Shown here: positions 30,283 through 38,527 of the stretch, one piece after another
Position numbering within the stretch: position 1 is the first letter of the stretch
Layout: each line of letters starts with the position of its first letter
NCBI GenBank assembly: GCA_031556075.1
Contig: JAVBTS010000002.1
Coordinates: 14,016 to 78,015, forward strand
Direction: 5' to 3'
Source of the DNA: Alistipes sp.
GTDB lineage: Bacteria > Bacteroidota > Bacteroidia > Bacteroidales > Rikenellaceae
Length of the DNA stretch: 64,000 nucleotides
The notes under the pieces: generated by a model
Seen by the model: the letters and a program-made list of their open reading frames with translations, nothing else
What the model was told of the DNA's origin: nothing
The model's database searches: none
Program-made: the position numbers and the translations under genes

Positions 30283-30937
30283 GGTTTTCTCTATTTTGAG
30301 ATTGATCCGGGCGATGTACCCACGTCCTTACTGCCGCCTGCCAGTTCTTCATTTTGTTTTTACCGATCATCCAGCCTTTAGCCTCGTAGAAGTCGATGAA
30401 CCGTTGGGCATCTACAGCATAGCCTTTCCCAGTAATGAATGCTTGAACATCTTCAAAAGCAGGAGGGTAAAATGCGGGGCATTTTCTCTCTATACTCTCT
30501 CTTTTTACTTTACTTTTATTTACTTTACTTGCGATGCTTTGCGATTGCATCGATATCGCATTGTTATCGCAATGCGATAACCCCCACCTCACAGCATTGC
30601 CTAAACGCCCTGCTTCTGAACGTTTTGAACGTTTTTCGTCCAACACCAGCATTCGACGATTTAAGCTCTCAGAAAAGAAGATTTTATCGTCTTTTACGGT
30701 AAAAAGACCATAGTTACCTACAACTGATTTAACCTTTTCTGTAGAGGTATTGTAGCGGCGAGCGAGCGCGGGTATATTGGCAACAGGATAGGTATAGTCC
30801 GGCTGGTCGCGGAGAGTCTCGATTAGCATCCAAAAGATACCGTAAGCCTCCATCCCCAGTTGCTCGATCAACAGCACACACTTCGGATCATCCTTCGCAT
30901 TGCTATCGTGCGGAAAGTAATAGGCATCCTTACTCAT
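30251..30937 (-). CDS. Phage-type replication initiator (DUF4373/Lin1244-like N-terminus)
   Basis: YYFPHDSNAKDDPK...YGIFWMLIE; KRSEAGRLGNAVRW; C-terminal FIDFYEAKGW...MKNWQAAVRTW; overlaps dnaB. Confidence 0.8.
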   Translation of the reverse strand: MSKDAYYFPHDSNAKDDPKCVLLIEQLGMEAYGIFWMLIETLRDQPDYTYPVANIPALARRYNTSTEKVKSVVGNYGLFTVKDDKIFFSESLNRRMLVLDEKRSKRSEAGRLGNAVRWGLSHCDNNAISMQSQSIASKVNKSKVKRESIERKCPAFYPPAFEDVQAFITGKGYAVDAQRFIDFYEAKGWMIGKNKMKNWQAAVRTWVHRPDQSQNRENHEAAGTIKWD

Positions 30938-31224
30938 AAAACATCGTGGATAAAATAGCGCTTATAGCGCCCACCGTGTGTGCCCTTGCACCATATGTCC
31001 CCAATAGGTATATGCTTGTGCCTAAGAGTTCGAATTAAAGAGCGAGGATCGGATAGCTGTAAGTTTGTAGAAATATCCGCAACGGAATACTGGCCACCTT
31101 TTCGCAGCATATTGAATACCCTGCGCTGATGGTAGCCCAAAGATATTTGGGTGTTTTTGGCCTTGAGATCATTTGCCCCAGCGCACTCATTCCGAGTACC
31201 GGGGGCTTGCCTTTTGTCTGCCAT
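30934..31224 (-). CDS. Small winged-HTH protein
   Basis: YSVADISTNLQLSDPRSLIRTLR...RYKRYFI; 4-bp overlap with the initiator gene. Confidence 0.7.
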   Translation of the reverse strand: MADKRQAPGTRNECAGANDLKAKNTQISLGYHQRRVFNMLRKGGQYSVADISTNLQLSDPRSLIRTLRHKHIPIGDIWCKGTHGGRYKRYFIHDVL

Positions 31225-31229
31225 ACCCC

Positions 31230-31586
31230 TTACTTTTTACGGTTGGCACTTTCGGCAAGGCGTAATGCGGCATCGCCCTTCATTTCGGGGCGTGTCATAC
31301 GAGATTCAACCCACACAAGAAGCTCCTTTTTAGAGAAGATTGTGCGGCGGCCAAATTTACGATGCGGAATAGCATCTTTGTAGACGAGATTGTAAAGGGA
31401 GGCACGAGTCGCAGGAACACCCTGCTCCGTAAGGAATCGGGCAGCATCCTCAACGGTCAGCCCATCGGTTTCGACAGGCTCGTTCTTTCGTCGGAAGTCG
31501 GCGAGCTTCGGAATGATTGCACCTACTGCTTCACTAATGATAGTCTGCAGTTGTGCGGGAGTTGTTACAATTACGGTATTATCCAT
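31230..31586 (-). CDS. Excisionase-like HTH_17 protein
   Basis: LTVEDAARFL...SLYNLVYKDAIPHRKFGRRTIFSKKELLVWV. Confidence 0.85.
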   Translation of the reverse strand: MDNTVIVTTPAQLQTIISEAVGAIIPKLADFRRKNEPVETDGLTVEDAARFLTEQGVPATRASLYNLVYKDAIPHRKFGRRTIFSKKELLVWVESRMTRPEMKGDAALRLAESANRKK

Positions 31587-31697
31587 AGCCTTTGTACTAT
31601 TTCAGTTTGACATTACCGCTGATCAGGCGGGTAGTTCAACGTTGATAGTGCAAAGGTTCTAAATAAGAATTAGGGTTACTAAATGGGTTATATAACC

Positions 31698-32480
31698 TTA
31701 TTTATTTTTAGATGTCATCCCTATGATTTGCAGGAGATATTCGACATCTGCTGCGCCTCCCTGTTTATTTGATACTTTTGTATTTCGATGAGTATAGGCT
31801 TGGGCACCCTTAACTGACTTTAAATTTCGATTACCCCCGGTAACAAGATGTATAAACTCAGCCTTAGCTTGCCGTGTATAGCCGGCGCTATCGGGGAAAC
31901 ATTTATCCATTACTGCCCACATAGCTGCAATTCGACAATTCTTATTAAATTGTTCATAGGCCTCAACTTGAATGACACTATTGAGTAAATCTTCCTTCTC
32001 CCCCAAATAATCAAATATAGCTTTTGTAGCCGTTTCACTCACATCTAACCGGTCTGAACATAATTTATTGAAATCTATATTATGCCATTTACAGATACGT
32101 TTCATATTACCAACAACAACAATGCTCTTGATAACCAAAGAGCAGTATATCTCTGCAGGGCTATTTGGCTCTATCGAGAGATCAATTAACCGCCTAGTGT
32201 TGGCAATATGCCACGGTGCATTGCGGGTAAAGGAATATAGATCTCCTTCTAATATTCGACACGCCACATACTCAACTTGATCTCGCGAGTGCTCCTCTCC
32301 CCAAGAGGCAATACTATCGATGGCCGCGAGGCACGTATCTGAATTTAACACCTCATCACTTAAATTTACAGACCTAACTATCTCTAATACAGGTTTGCCA
32401 TCCGACAGACTTGTATGAAAGCATTTGTGTAATATTGAATCTAACTGCTTAATGTATTGTCTTGCCTCTTTGAATTCCAT
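31698..32480 (-). CDS. Hypothetical protein (260 aa), possible RteC-like C-terminal DNA-binding domain
   Basis: ATG 5 bp after the integrase stop; AT-rich; C-terminal KAEFIHLVTG...AY pattern. Confidence 0.6.
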   Translation of the reverse strand: MEFKEARQYIKQLDSILHKCFHTSLSDGKPVLEIVRSVNLSDEVLNSDTCLAAIDSIASWGEEHSRDQVEYVACRILEGDLYSFTRNAPWHIANTRRLIDLSIEPNSPAEIYCSLVIKSIVVVGNMKRICKWHNIDFNKLCSDRLDVSETATKAIFDYLGEKEDLLNSVIQVEAYEQFNKNCRIAAMWAVMDKCFPDSAGYTRQAKAEFIHLVTGGNRNLKSVKGAQAYTHRNTKVSNKQGGAADVEYLLQIIGMTSKNK

Positions 32481-32485
32481 ATCTC

Positions 32486-33709
32486 TCAAAATTTCGTTAA
32501 TAATTCTGCATTTTTCTGTCGCTCTTCGCGCTCGAAGGAGGCGAGGTAATTCTCGGTCGTTTTCAGATCCTGATGCCCCAGCGACTCGGAGATATAGGCG
32601 ATGTTCGCACCGGCACGCTTCAGCACCGTGGCAAACGAGTGGCGGGCCGTGTAGGTCGAGATATTGCCTATCTTCAGATTTTCGCCTACCTCTTTCATCC
32701 GCTTGTTGATCGCCCGCGTCAGATAGAGCGTCTTGAGCTTCTGCTGCATCGCGTCCTCGTGGCCGTTGAGGATCGGAAATATAAAAGCATTCGGGCTGGA
32801 AGGCGTTCCCCATCGGGCAATGATGCTCCGCATTCGATCGGTTACGACAACGCGGATCTCCTTGCGGGTCTTGGTGGTGTGCTCGGTCTTTTGCCGGACA
32901 AAACAGATCTCGCCATTGACAATATCCCGATGCCGCAGCTTCACAAAGTCGGCGACATTGATTCCGTTACATAGGTAGAGAAATAGCCAGTAATCGCGGT
33001 ATTTGGCAGTCGTGTCCGTGCCGTCTTCGTAGTTGGCTATCTGGCCGATCTGCTCCAGCGTAAGCGCCATTTTACGGCCTTCGCCGGATTGTATCTCATA
33101 GCGACCTTTACCGAACGGATATTGAGCTTCCTTGACAACACCCAGCCTGCGAGCCTCGTTCAGTATGGCCCGCAAATGCCGGAGGTGGATAGCGATTGTG
33201 GTTTGCGTCTTACCCTCGACGCGCAGGAATTCCGCATATTTACCCAGCCAGGCCATTGTGACAGACTCAAAGCGAATCCGCTCCCCGGCAAAGCGCGTCA
33301 GCCCCTTCAGCACGTTGTCATATACGAGCATACTGCCTATCCTGCCGCTTTGCTCCAGCTCGGCGATCTTCGCCTTAAACATCGTGTTGAGGGTATCGGA
33401 TGCAGCGCCCTTAAGTCGACTGTTGAGGGCATCGAACGAGAACCCTCCAGCCGAAGCGAGATCCTCAACGACATCGCGCACGATGTTATAGCTATTTTCG
33501 ATATCTTTGCGGATAGCGAGAAGGGCGCGGGCCTTCGTTGTAAGCAGCGCATCCCACTCCTCCGGCAATAGGGTTTTGCCGGTTGCGTAATATTTCTGCG
33601 TGCGCATAAATATCACTTGCACCTTGACCGGATACTTACCATCTTGTCGAGGCCGCCGGGCATCGAGAATCGTCAGTACCGTAATTCCGTCTTTTGAGTA
33701 TTTGAGCAT
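32486..33709 (-). CDS. Tyrosine recombinase / phage integrase
   Basis: Arm-binding N-terminus (LDARR...YPVKV), SAM-like domain, RQKT, YTARHSFAT, LGHQDLKTTENY; NGINVAD in place of the first Arg box, as in many Bacteroidota integrases; start at MLKYSK. Confidence 0.93.
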   Translation of the reverse strand: MLKYSKDGITVLTILDARRPRQDGKYPVKVQVIFMRTQKYYATGKTLLPEEWDALLTTKARALLAIRKDIENSYNIVRDVVEDLASAGGFSFDALNSRLKGAASDTLNTMFKAKIAELEQSGRIGSMLVYDNVLKGLTRFAGERIRFESVTMAWLGKYAEFLRVEGKTQTTIAIHLRHLRAILNEARRLGVVKEAQYPFGKGRYEIQSGEGRKMALTLEQIGQIANYEDGTDTTAKYRDYWLFLYLCNGINVADFVKLRHRDIVNGEICFVRQKTEHTTKTRKEIRVVVTDRMRSIIARWGTPSSPNAFIFPILNGHEDAMQQKLKTLYLTRAINKRMKEVGENLKIGNISTYTARHSFATVLKRAGANIAYISESLGHQDLKTTENYLASFEREERQKNAELLTKF

Positions 33710-33718
33710 CGCTGTACT

Positions 33719-33759
33719 TTGTATGCAAATTTTGAAATGTACATACAATTTGCATACAA
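33719..33759. repeat. Putative integrase arm-type sites (right)
   Basis: TTGTATGCAAA (inverted, 33719-33729), TGTACATACAA (33738-33748), TTTGCATACAA (33749-33759). Confidence 0.75.
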
Positions 33760-33885
33760 ATATACGAAATAAGGTGAAATAAACAAAACCAAAATGAAAT
33801 ATAATCACTATATTTACATCTGAAATACAGCCATTTACAAAGCAGAATAAAAATAACGTGAAACAACCAAAAATAGCCGAATTAC

Positions 33886-33932
33886 GACTACGGATCAGAA
33901 GGTTATAGGTTTGAGTCCTATCGGTGTCACAA
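33886..33932 (+). repeat. Right att core (displaced tRNA 3' end)
   Basis: 47-bp exact copy of 21407-21453. Confidence 0.95.
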
Positions 33933-33969
33933 AGAGGAGAGAGCGCAATGCTCACTCCTCTATTTTTTT
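33933..33969 (+). terminator. Probable original tRNA terminator
   Basis: AGAGGAGAGAGC-GCAAT-GCTCACTCCTCT followed by a T run, directly after the right att. Confidence 0.7.
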
Positions 33970-34143
33970 GTCCGTTTTCCAACAAGGGTAATTCCCTTAT
34001 CTACAGAGGTAGCCGCGCCCCGCGAGCCACAACCTAAAAACGAGGCGGACAAAAAAATAACAGAAAGACAATGATACCAGAATAAAAAAGCGAGGCCGCT
34101 ACCAATTGGGAACAGCCTCATTTCTATCTATTAAGCCACTTCG

Positions 34144-34848
34144 TTATTCGAGGAAGTGGTTCTCGTCGTTATTCGTCTCCGAAAACTCCTTGAGCGACTT
34201 GAGGTGGCGGCACAGCATAGCGGCGGCACCCTCCTCGTCCCTCTCGCGCACGAAGCGCAACAATTCACGGTGCTCGAAGTTCACATCCTCGGTGGGAACG
34301 GCACAGACACGGTAGCGCTGGTAATAGCGCAGTACGTCGGGCGTAATCACGAGCAGCAGCGATGCAATAACCGGATTGTGGGCTCCGCGGGCCAGTGCCT
34401 GGTGATAGGCGAAGTCCTTGGCCACGCGTTCGTCGGTGTAGAACTTATCCTCACACTCTTTGAGCGCTTCCTCGAGCACCTCGATATCCTCCTGGGTGCG
34501 GTTGCGGGCGCAGAGCTTCACCGCCTCGATCTCCAGCAGAATGCGCACATGAACCAGCGACGCGAAGTCGTACTGCTCGATCTTCAGCGCGTCGGTCATC
34601 ATGCTCTCCAACACCTGCATCTTCTCCTGCGCCACGACCGTGCCGCTCTGGGGGAATGTCTGCACGATGCCGTAGAATTCCAGTTTCTGGAACGCCGCAC
34701 GCACATGGGCGCGTCCCACGTCGAGCCGCTCGGCCAGTCGCCGTTCGGCGGGCAGGCGCTCGCCCGGTTGCAGGCGTCCCGTATACAACTGCTCCTTGAT
34801 ATACTTGAGAACAGTCTCTACCTGCGTTATATTCGGTGAATAATTCAT
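34144..34848 (-). CDS. GntR/FadR-family regulator of the PUL
   Basis: LQPGERLPAERRLAERLDVGR wHTH; FCD domain DFAYH...AHNP...EHRELL. Confidence 0.92.
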   Translation of the reverse strand: MNYSPNITQVETVLKYIKEQLYTGRLQPGERLPAERRLAERLDVGRAHVRAAFQKLEFYGIVQTFPQSGTVVAQEKMQVLESMMTDALKIEQYDFASLVHVRILLEIEAVKLCARNRTQEDIEVLEEALKECEDKFYTDERVAKDFAYHQALARGAHNPVIASLLLVITPDVLRYYQRYRVCAVPTEDVNFEHRELLRFVRERDEEGAAAMLCRHLKSLKEFSETNNDENHFLE

Positions 34849-34902
34849 CTTATTTTCGTTTACACTGCAAAGGTCGGTAAAAAACCAATCAAACCAAAAT
34901 TT

Positions 34903-35919
34903 TTAATCAACTTTTTCGACCGAAAAATCTGCATATTTCAGCATCTCGTCCCTCAAATCGGGTTTGAGCGACCCGTTTGCGCCGAAGTAGCGGTAGATCC
35001 CCCACTTGGGACGCATGCCCGTAGCACCCTCGCGCCACATATCGAGCGCCGTGGAGGCGATATTGACCAGCATCTTGCTGTCGCGGTTGCGGACGACTTT
35101 CACCTGATAGGTTCCCTGCTCGCCGAAGGTTATGCGCTCCTCGACGGTGACCCACTCTTCGAGAAAATCGGCGAGCTTCACCTTCGAAAGATACTCCGAG
35201 GGAGCTCCCTTGCCGCGTCCCACATAGATAACCTGGAACTGCTGGGTAGTCGTACCGCCCGAGGTTACCGAACGGCAGGTGAACGTGATCACGGGATTAC
35301 CGACGTCGGCCGTATTGGTCTTGTTGTCGATGCCCTTGATCTGGTGGATATGGCAGAAATTTTTGGTCGTAAGCATCCCCGCGGGCAGTTTGAACTTCCA
35401 CTTCACCACCAGCGTCTCGCCCTCCTGCTGCGCCCACATGCTCTTGGGCGACTTGTTGTCGGTCTTGATCTCGTTGCGTTGGCGGTCGGTTGTGGTCAGA
35501 ATGCCGCGGTCATCGTCGTTGTCGACATGGATGATGAAGTTGAAGACGTTCTTACCCAGCGCCTGGTCGAAACTCTGCGTTATATGGCGGAACGGGGCCG
35601 ACGCATGAGCACCCGAAGTGTCGGGCGTCTCGTAGTTGTAGCCCGAAGCGTCGATCAGCGCATAGGTTCCGGCGTCGTTGCCGTCGGCTACAAGCGATCC
35701 CGATACAGGCCCGACATCTCCACCACCGCCCTCATCTCCGCTGCCACCTTCGTCGCCGCCGCCGTCGTTCTCGCTGCCGGAGCCGTTCTCATCGTCGCCG
35801 TCATTGTCGTTATCACCCGGCTCCTCGGTGGGGTCAGGCTTGGTTTTGTCTTCGGGTATCTCCTTGCCGTCGCAGGCCAGAGCGAAAAGTAAAAACAGCG
35901 TGAAAATTAAATGTTTCAT
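34903..35919 (-). CDS. Lipoprotein polysaccharide lyase, beta-jelly-roll type, family uncertain
   Basis: Lipobox ALAC, acidic linker, DRQRNEIK, HIHQIK, PKWGIYR (R-x-E, Q/H and K-x-G-x-Y boxes of jelly-roll lyases). Confidence 0.65.
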   Translation of the reverse strand: MKHLIFTLFLLFALACDGKEIPEDKTKPDPTEEPGDNDNDGDDENGSGSENDGGGDEGGSGDEGGGGDVGPVSGSLVADGNDAGTYALIDASGYNYETPDTSGAHASAPFRHITQSFDQALGKNVFNFIIHVDNDDDRGILTTTDRQRNEIKTDNKSPKSMWAQQEGETLVVKWKFKLPAGMLTTKNFCHIHQIKGIDNKTNTADVGNPVITFTCRSVTSGGTTTQQFQVIYVGRGKGAPSEYLSKVKLADFLEEWVTVEERITFGEQGTYQVKVVRNRDSKMLVNIASTALDMWREGATGMRPKWGIYRYFGANGSLKPDLRDEMLKYADFSVEKVD

Positions 35920-35945
35920 CGTTTGGTTATATAGTTGGTTTCATT

Positions 35946-35999
35946 TATCTTTGCCTCGAACCAGTTTGGTGCACCAATTTGGTCGACCAAACAAATGTA
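35946..35999. promoter_or_regulatory. Face-to-face promoters with two FadR-type operators between them
   Basis: TATCTTTG (+, 35946-35953); TTGGTGCACCAA (35966-35977); TTTGGTCGACCAAA (35978-35991); TACATTTG (-, 35992-35999). Confidence 0.72.
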
Positions 36000-36030
36000 A
36001 GCAAAAAAACCGAACCAAAACCAAAAAACC

Positions 36031-37005
36031 ATGAAAAAATTACTGATCGCCGCACTACTTATTGCATCTGCCACGGCTTCCGCCCAGCAGGTGACCAACA
36101 AATATGCGATGAAGCTCACCGAGGGCGCCGACGGCACCTACACGCTTAACAACCAGGCGCGTTACGCCAAGATCCTCGACCTCTCCAAAGTTCCCGACCT
36201 GCTCGTTCCCTACACCCATCAGAACGACCGACTTTCAGGTAAGGATTACAAGAACGTCGAGGTCCGCGAGTTCGTCTACACCACCCATGAGGGTTACGAG
36301 CTCCAGATGGCCGTCGACATGGCCGTGAGCGACAAGCCCACACCCGTGGTAGTATATATCCACGGCGGAGGCTGGGCCCGCGGCGACAACGGCGCCAACC
36401 GTTCGCTCTCGCAGTATATGGCCAAGCAGAAGGGCGTGACGGGCGTACGCATCGCCTACACCCTCGCACCGCAGCCCGACGCCACGGTCGAGGTTTCGAT
36501 CGCCGACGTCAAAGCGGCCGTTCAGTATCTCTGCGACCACGCTGGGGAGCTGAACCTCGACATGAAACGCATCGGTTTCGTGGGTACCTCGGCCGGGGGA
36601 CACCTGGCGGCGGTAGGCGCGATGTCGATCCCCGGCGTCAAGGCATTGGTGGGTTATTCGGGCATCTACAACCTCGAAGTGGCCAACATCGTGCAGAAGA
36701 CCAAGGACGACCAGCGCATCGAGTATTTCTGCGACCGCAGCCCCAAGGTGTTGCGCGAGGCGTCGCCCATAAGCCTTATCCCCAAGAAAAACATCCCCGC
36801 CGTGCAGCTCTTCGCCGGCACGGGCGACACGACGGTCGAATACAGCCAGGCCGAGGCATTTGCCGCGGCACTGAAGAAAGCCGGCGCCAAGGTTGTCGAT
36901 CTGGAGATCTATCCCCTCTACGACCATGGGCTGAACACCAAATCGTCGGACAAAATGGAGGAGATTTTCTTCAAGACCGTCGATTTCCTCTCGGCGAATC
37001 TGTAA
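36031..37005 (+). CDS. Secreted alpha/beta-hydrolase (esterase)
   Basis: Signal peptide ...ASA-Q, HGGGW oxyanion motif, GTSAGG nucleophile, GTGD Asp, DHG His. Confidence 0.88.
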   Translation: MKKLLIAALLIASATASAQQVTNKYAMKLTEGADGTYTLNNQARYAKILDLSKVPDLLVPYTHQNDRLSGKDYKNVEVREFVYTTHEGYELQMAVDMAVSDKPTPVVVYIHGGGWARGDNGANRSLSQYMAKQKGVTGVRIAYTLAPQPDATVEVSIADVKAAVQYLCDHAGELNLDMKRIGFVGTSAGGHLAAVGAMSIPGVKALVGYSGIYNLEVANIVQKTKDDQRIEYFCDRSPKVLREASPISLIPKKNIPAVQLFAGTGDTTVEYSQAEAFAAALKKAGAKVVDLEIYPLYDHGLNTKSSDKMEEIFFKTVDFLSANL

Positions 37006-37017
37006 CTGCTTTGCATC

Positions 37018-37057
37018 ACAGAGAGACCCCGGCCACTACTGGTCGGGGTCTCTCTGT
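37018..37057. terminator. Bidirectional terminator
   Basis: ACAGAGAGACCCCGGCCA-CTAC-TGGTCGGGGTCTCTCTGT between convergent genes. Confidence 0.85.
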
Positions 37058-37106
37058 TTATGTCAATTGCCAAGAGGACTCGAAGTCCGGCGCAATAATA
37101 TGAACA

Positions 37107-38282
37107 CTATTCCAGCTCATAGAATATCAGGGAGTCGAACTCCGCCTTGCCGCCCTTATAGCAGATGCGGCGTGCGGCCTCGACCCAGTCGGTGCGGCCC
37201 AGAGCAAGGCCCGCTTCATACAGCAGGGCGGCTCCGCGACGCTCGGCGAAAGGCGCGATCTGGGGATAGGTCCAAGTTTCGGGGTGCTCGTAGTAGGGAA
37301 CGAGGTATTCCAGCGCGCGCTGCGCCTCGGGCAACTTCCAGAGGTCATAGCCGGTATCAAGGGCCATATTGCGGGCGACCGAGAACGCCTCGAGCGTGAA
37401 TGTCGAATAATGGAGTGCAAGAGTGCGTTTCAGCTCTTCGGGCAGGGTTCCGTTGTCGGCGACCTGGCCCGCGAACCGCGGAGCCACCGACTTTTCGGCC
37501 AGCTCGCGGACATAGTCTTTCTGGCCTGCGGCGCGCGCCGTCATCAGGCGTATCGCGTCGTACCACACACCGTGGTTGTTATCGGCAGCCATCTCCTTGC
37601 GGCCGTTGGTGCTGTGCTCAAGCCAGTAGAGGAATGCCGTCGCCCATTTGGAGAGTTCCGCGCGGTCCTCGGCCGTCCACGCCTTCGAGGGCTCCAAGAG
37701 TGCCGCCGCATTGAGCGCATAGCCCAGGTGGCGGGCGTCGATAACACCTGCACCGCGGCCTATGTTGTGCCCTGGGATGAACTGCGCGAAATTCACATTG
37801 GGGTTCATACCTTTCTTGGCATCGAGGAACCACGCGCGCAGCAGTTCGGCACATTTCTCGGCATAGGCCTCCCTGCCCGTGATGTAGTAGAGCAGCGACA
37901 GCGCACGCGTGGCGTTCGAGAGCTTGCCGACATTTTCGCGCTCGGGATAGTCATAAACCTCGGGGTTACGCTCTCCGTCGCGGCGGATATAGGGCATGCC
38001 GTCGGTCTTCGCGGGGTCGGGCCACCAGTAGGGAGCCTGTGTCTGGTAATCGCGCTTGTCGCCGCTGGGTGGAACGCGTTTTTTTGCCGTGACGGTCAGA
38101 GGCTTCAATGCGAGATACTTCGCGGTGGCCTTTTCGGCGCGTTCGACGGCGGCCACAGCCGGTGCGTTGCCCGCGCGGTACTCCTTGCGGAGGTTATCGA
38201 CCAGCACGGGGTTGAAGCTGTACTGCGCCGAAGCGCTTGCGGCGAAGGCCGTGAACAACACAATAAGTAGGGTTCGTTTCAT
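37107..38282 (-). CDS. Alginate/glucuronan lyase, alpha/alpha-barrel, PL38-like
   Basis: Signal peptide; PPSGDKRDY...PYWWPDP...PYIRRDGERNPE; NNHGVWY; ELKRT..HYSTF. Confidence 0.82.
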   Translation of the reverse strand: MKRTLLIVLFTAFAASASAQYSFNPVLVDNLRKEYRAGNAPAVAAVERAEKATAKYLALKPLTVTAKKRVPPSGDKRDYQTQAPYWWPDPAKTDGMPYIRRDGERNPEVYDYPERENVGKLSNATRALSLLYYITGREAYAEKCAELLRAWFLDAKKGMNPNVNFAQFIPGHNIGRGAGVIDARHLGYALNAAALLEPSKAWTAEDRAELSKWATAFLYWLEHSTNGRKEMAADNNHGVWYDAIRLMTARAAGQKDYVRELAEKSVAPRFAGQVADNGTLPEELKRTLALHYSTFTLEAFSVARNMALDTGYDLWKLPEAQRALEYLVPYYEHPETWTYPQIAPFAERRGAALLYEAGLALGRTDWVEAARRICYKGGKAEFDSLIFYELE

Positions 38283-38333
38283 GGTTGGTTGAAGTTATGA
38301 AAGAGATGGTATCGTTGAATGGTTTGTCGTCTT

Positions 38334-38432
38334 CAGGCCGGAGTTCGCGGTGGTCTGATATGAGTAACGCGAATAGCAGGCCTCCGCGGGGCGGAGCTTC
38401 GGCCTGCCGACAGTCTTTTACAAGCCTGCCGA
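38334..38432 (-). repeat. Structured intergenic repeat, family H, copy 3
   Basis: Reverse complement GGCAGGCTTGTAAAAGACTGTCGGCAGGCCGAAGCTCCGCCCCGCGGAGGCCTGC...ACCGCGAACTCCGGCCTG aligns with copy 2. Confidence 0.8.
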
Positions 38433-38461
38433 AGAACAAAACTCCAAACTTCCTGTCATAT

Positions 38462-38506
38462 AAAAAAGGGCGGACTGCACCCATCAATGAATGTTCAGTC
38501 CGCCCT
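38462..38506 (-). terminator. Intrinsic terminator after the SDR gene
   Basis: AGGGCGGACTG...CAGTCCGCCCT with an A6 tract (U-tail on minus). Confidence 0.75.
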
Positions 38507-38527
38507 CGGTCTATCGGTTTGCGAGCC

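Larger units (their letters stand above)
21407..33932. mobile_element. tRNA-Arg-integrated ~12.5-kb element, phage-satellite-like
   Basis: 47-bp direct repeat at both ends, intact tyrosine integrase, phage-type replication genes, more AT-rich than the flanks. Confidence 0.92.

Noticed and set aside
33886-33932. Second tRNA-Arg gene
   Set aside because: Only the 3' 44 nt of the tRNA are present, with no D arm or 5' acceptor strand; it is the att duplication
21407-33932. Complete prophage, or conjugative/mobilisable transposon
   Set aside because: No capsid, portal, terminase or lysis genes and no relaxase or tra genes recognised; a decayed prophage remains possible but less parsimonious
33710-33985. 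Integrase N-terminal extension (499-aa ORF)
   Set aside because: It would run through the arm sites and across the right att into host DNA
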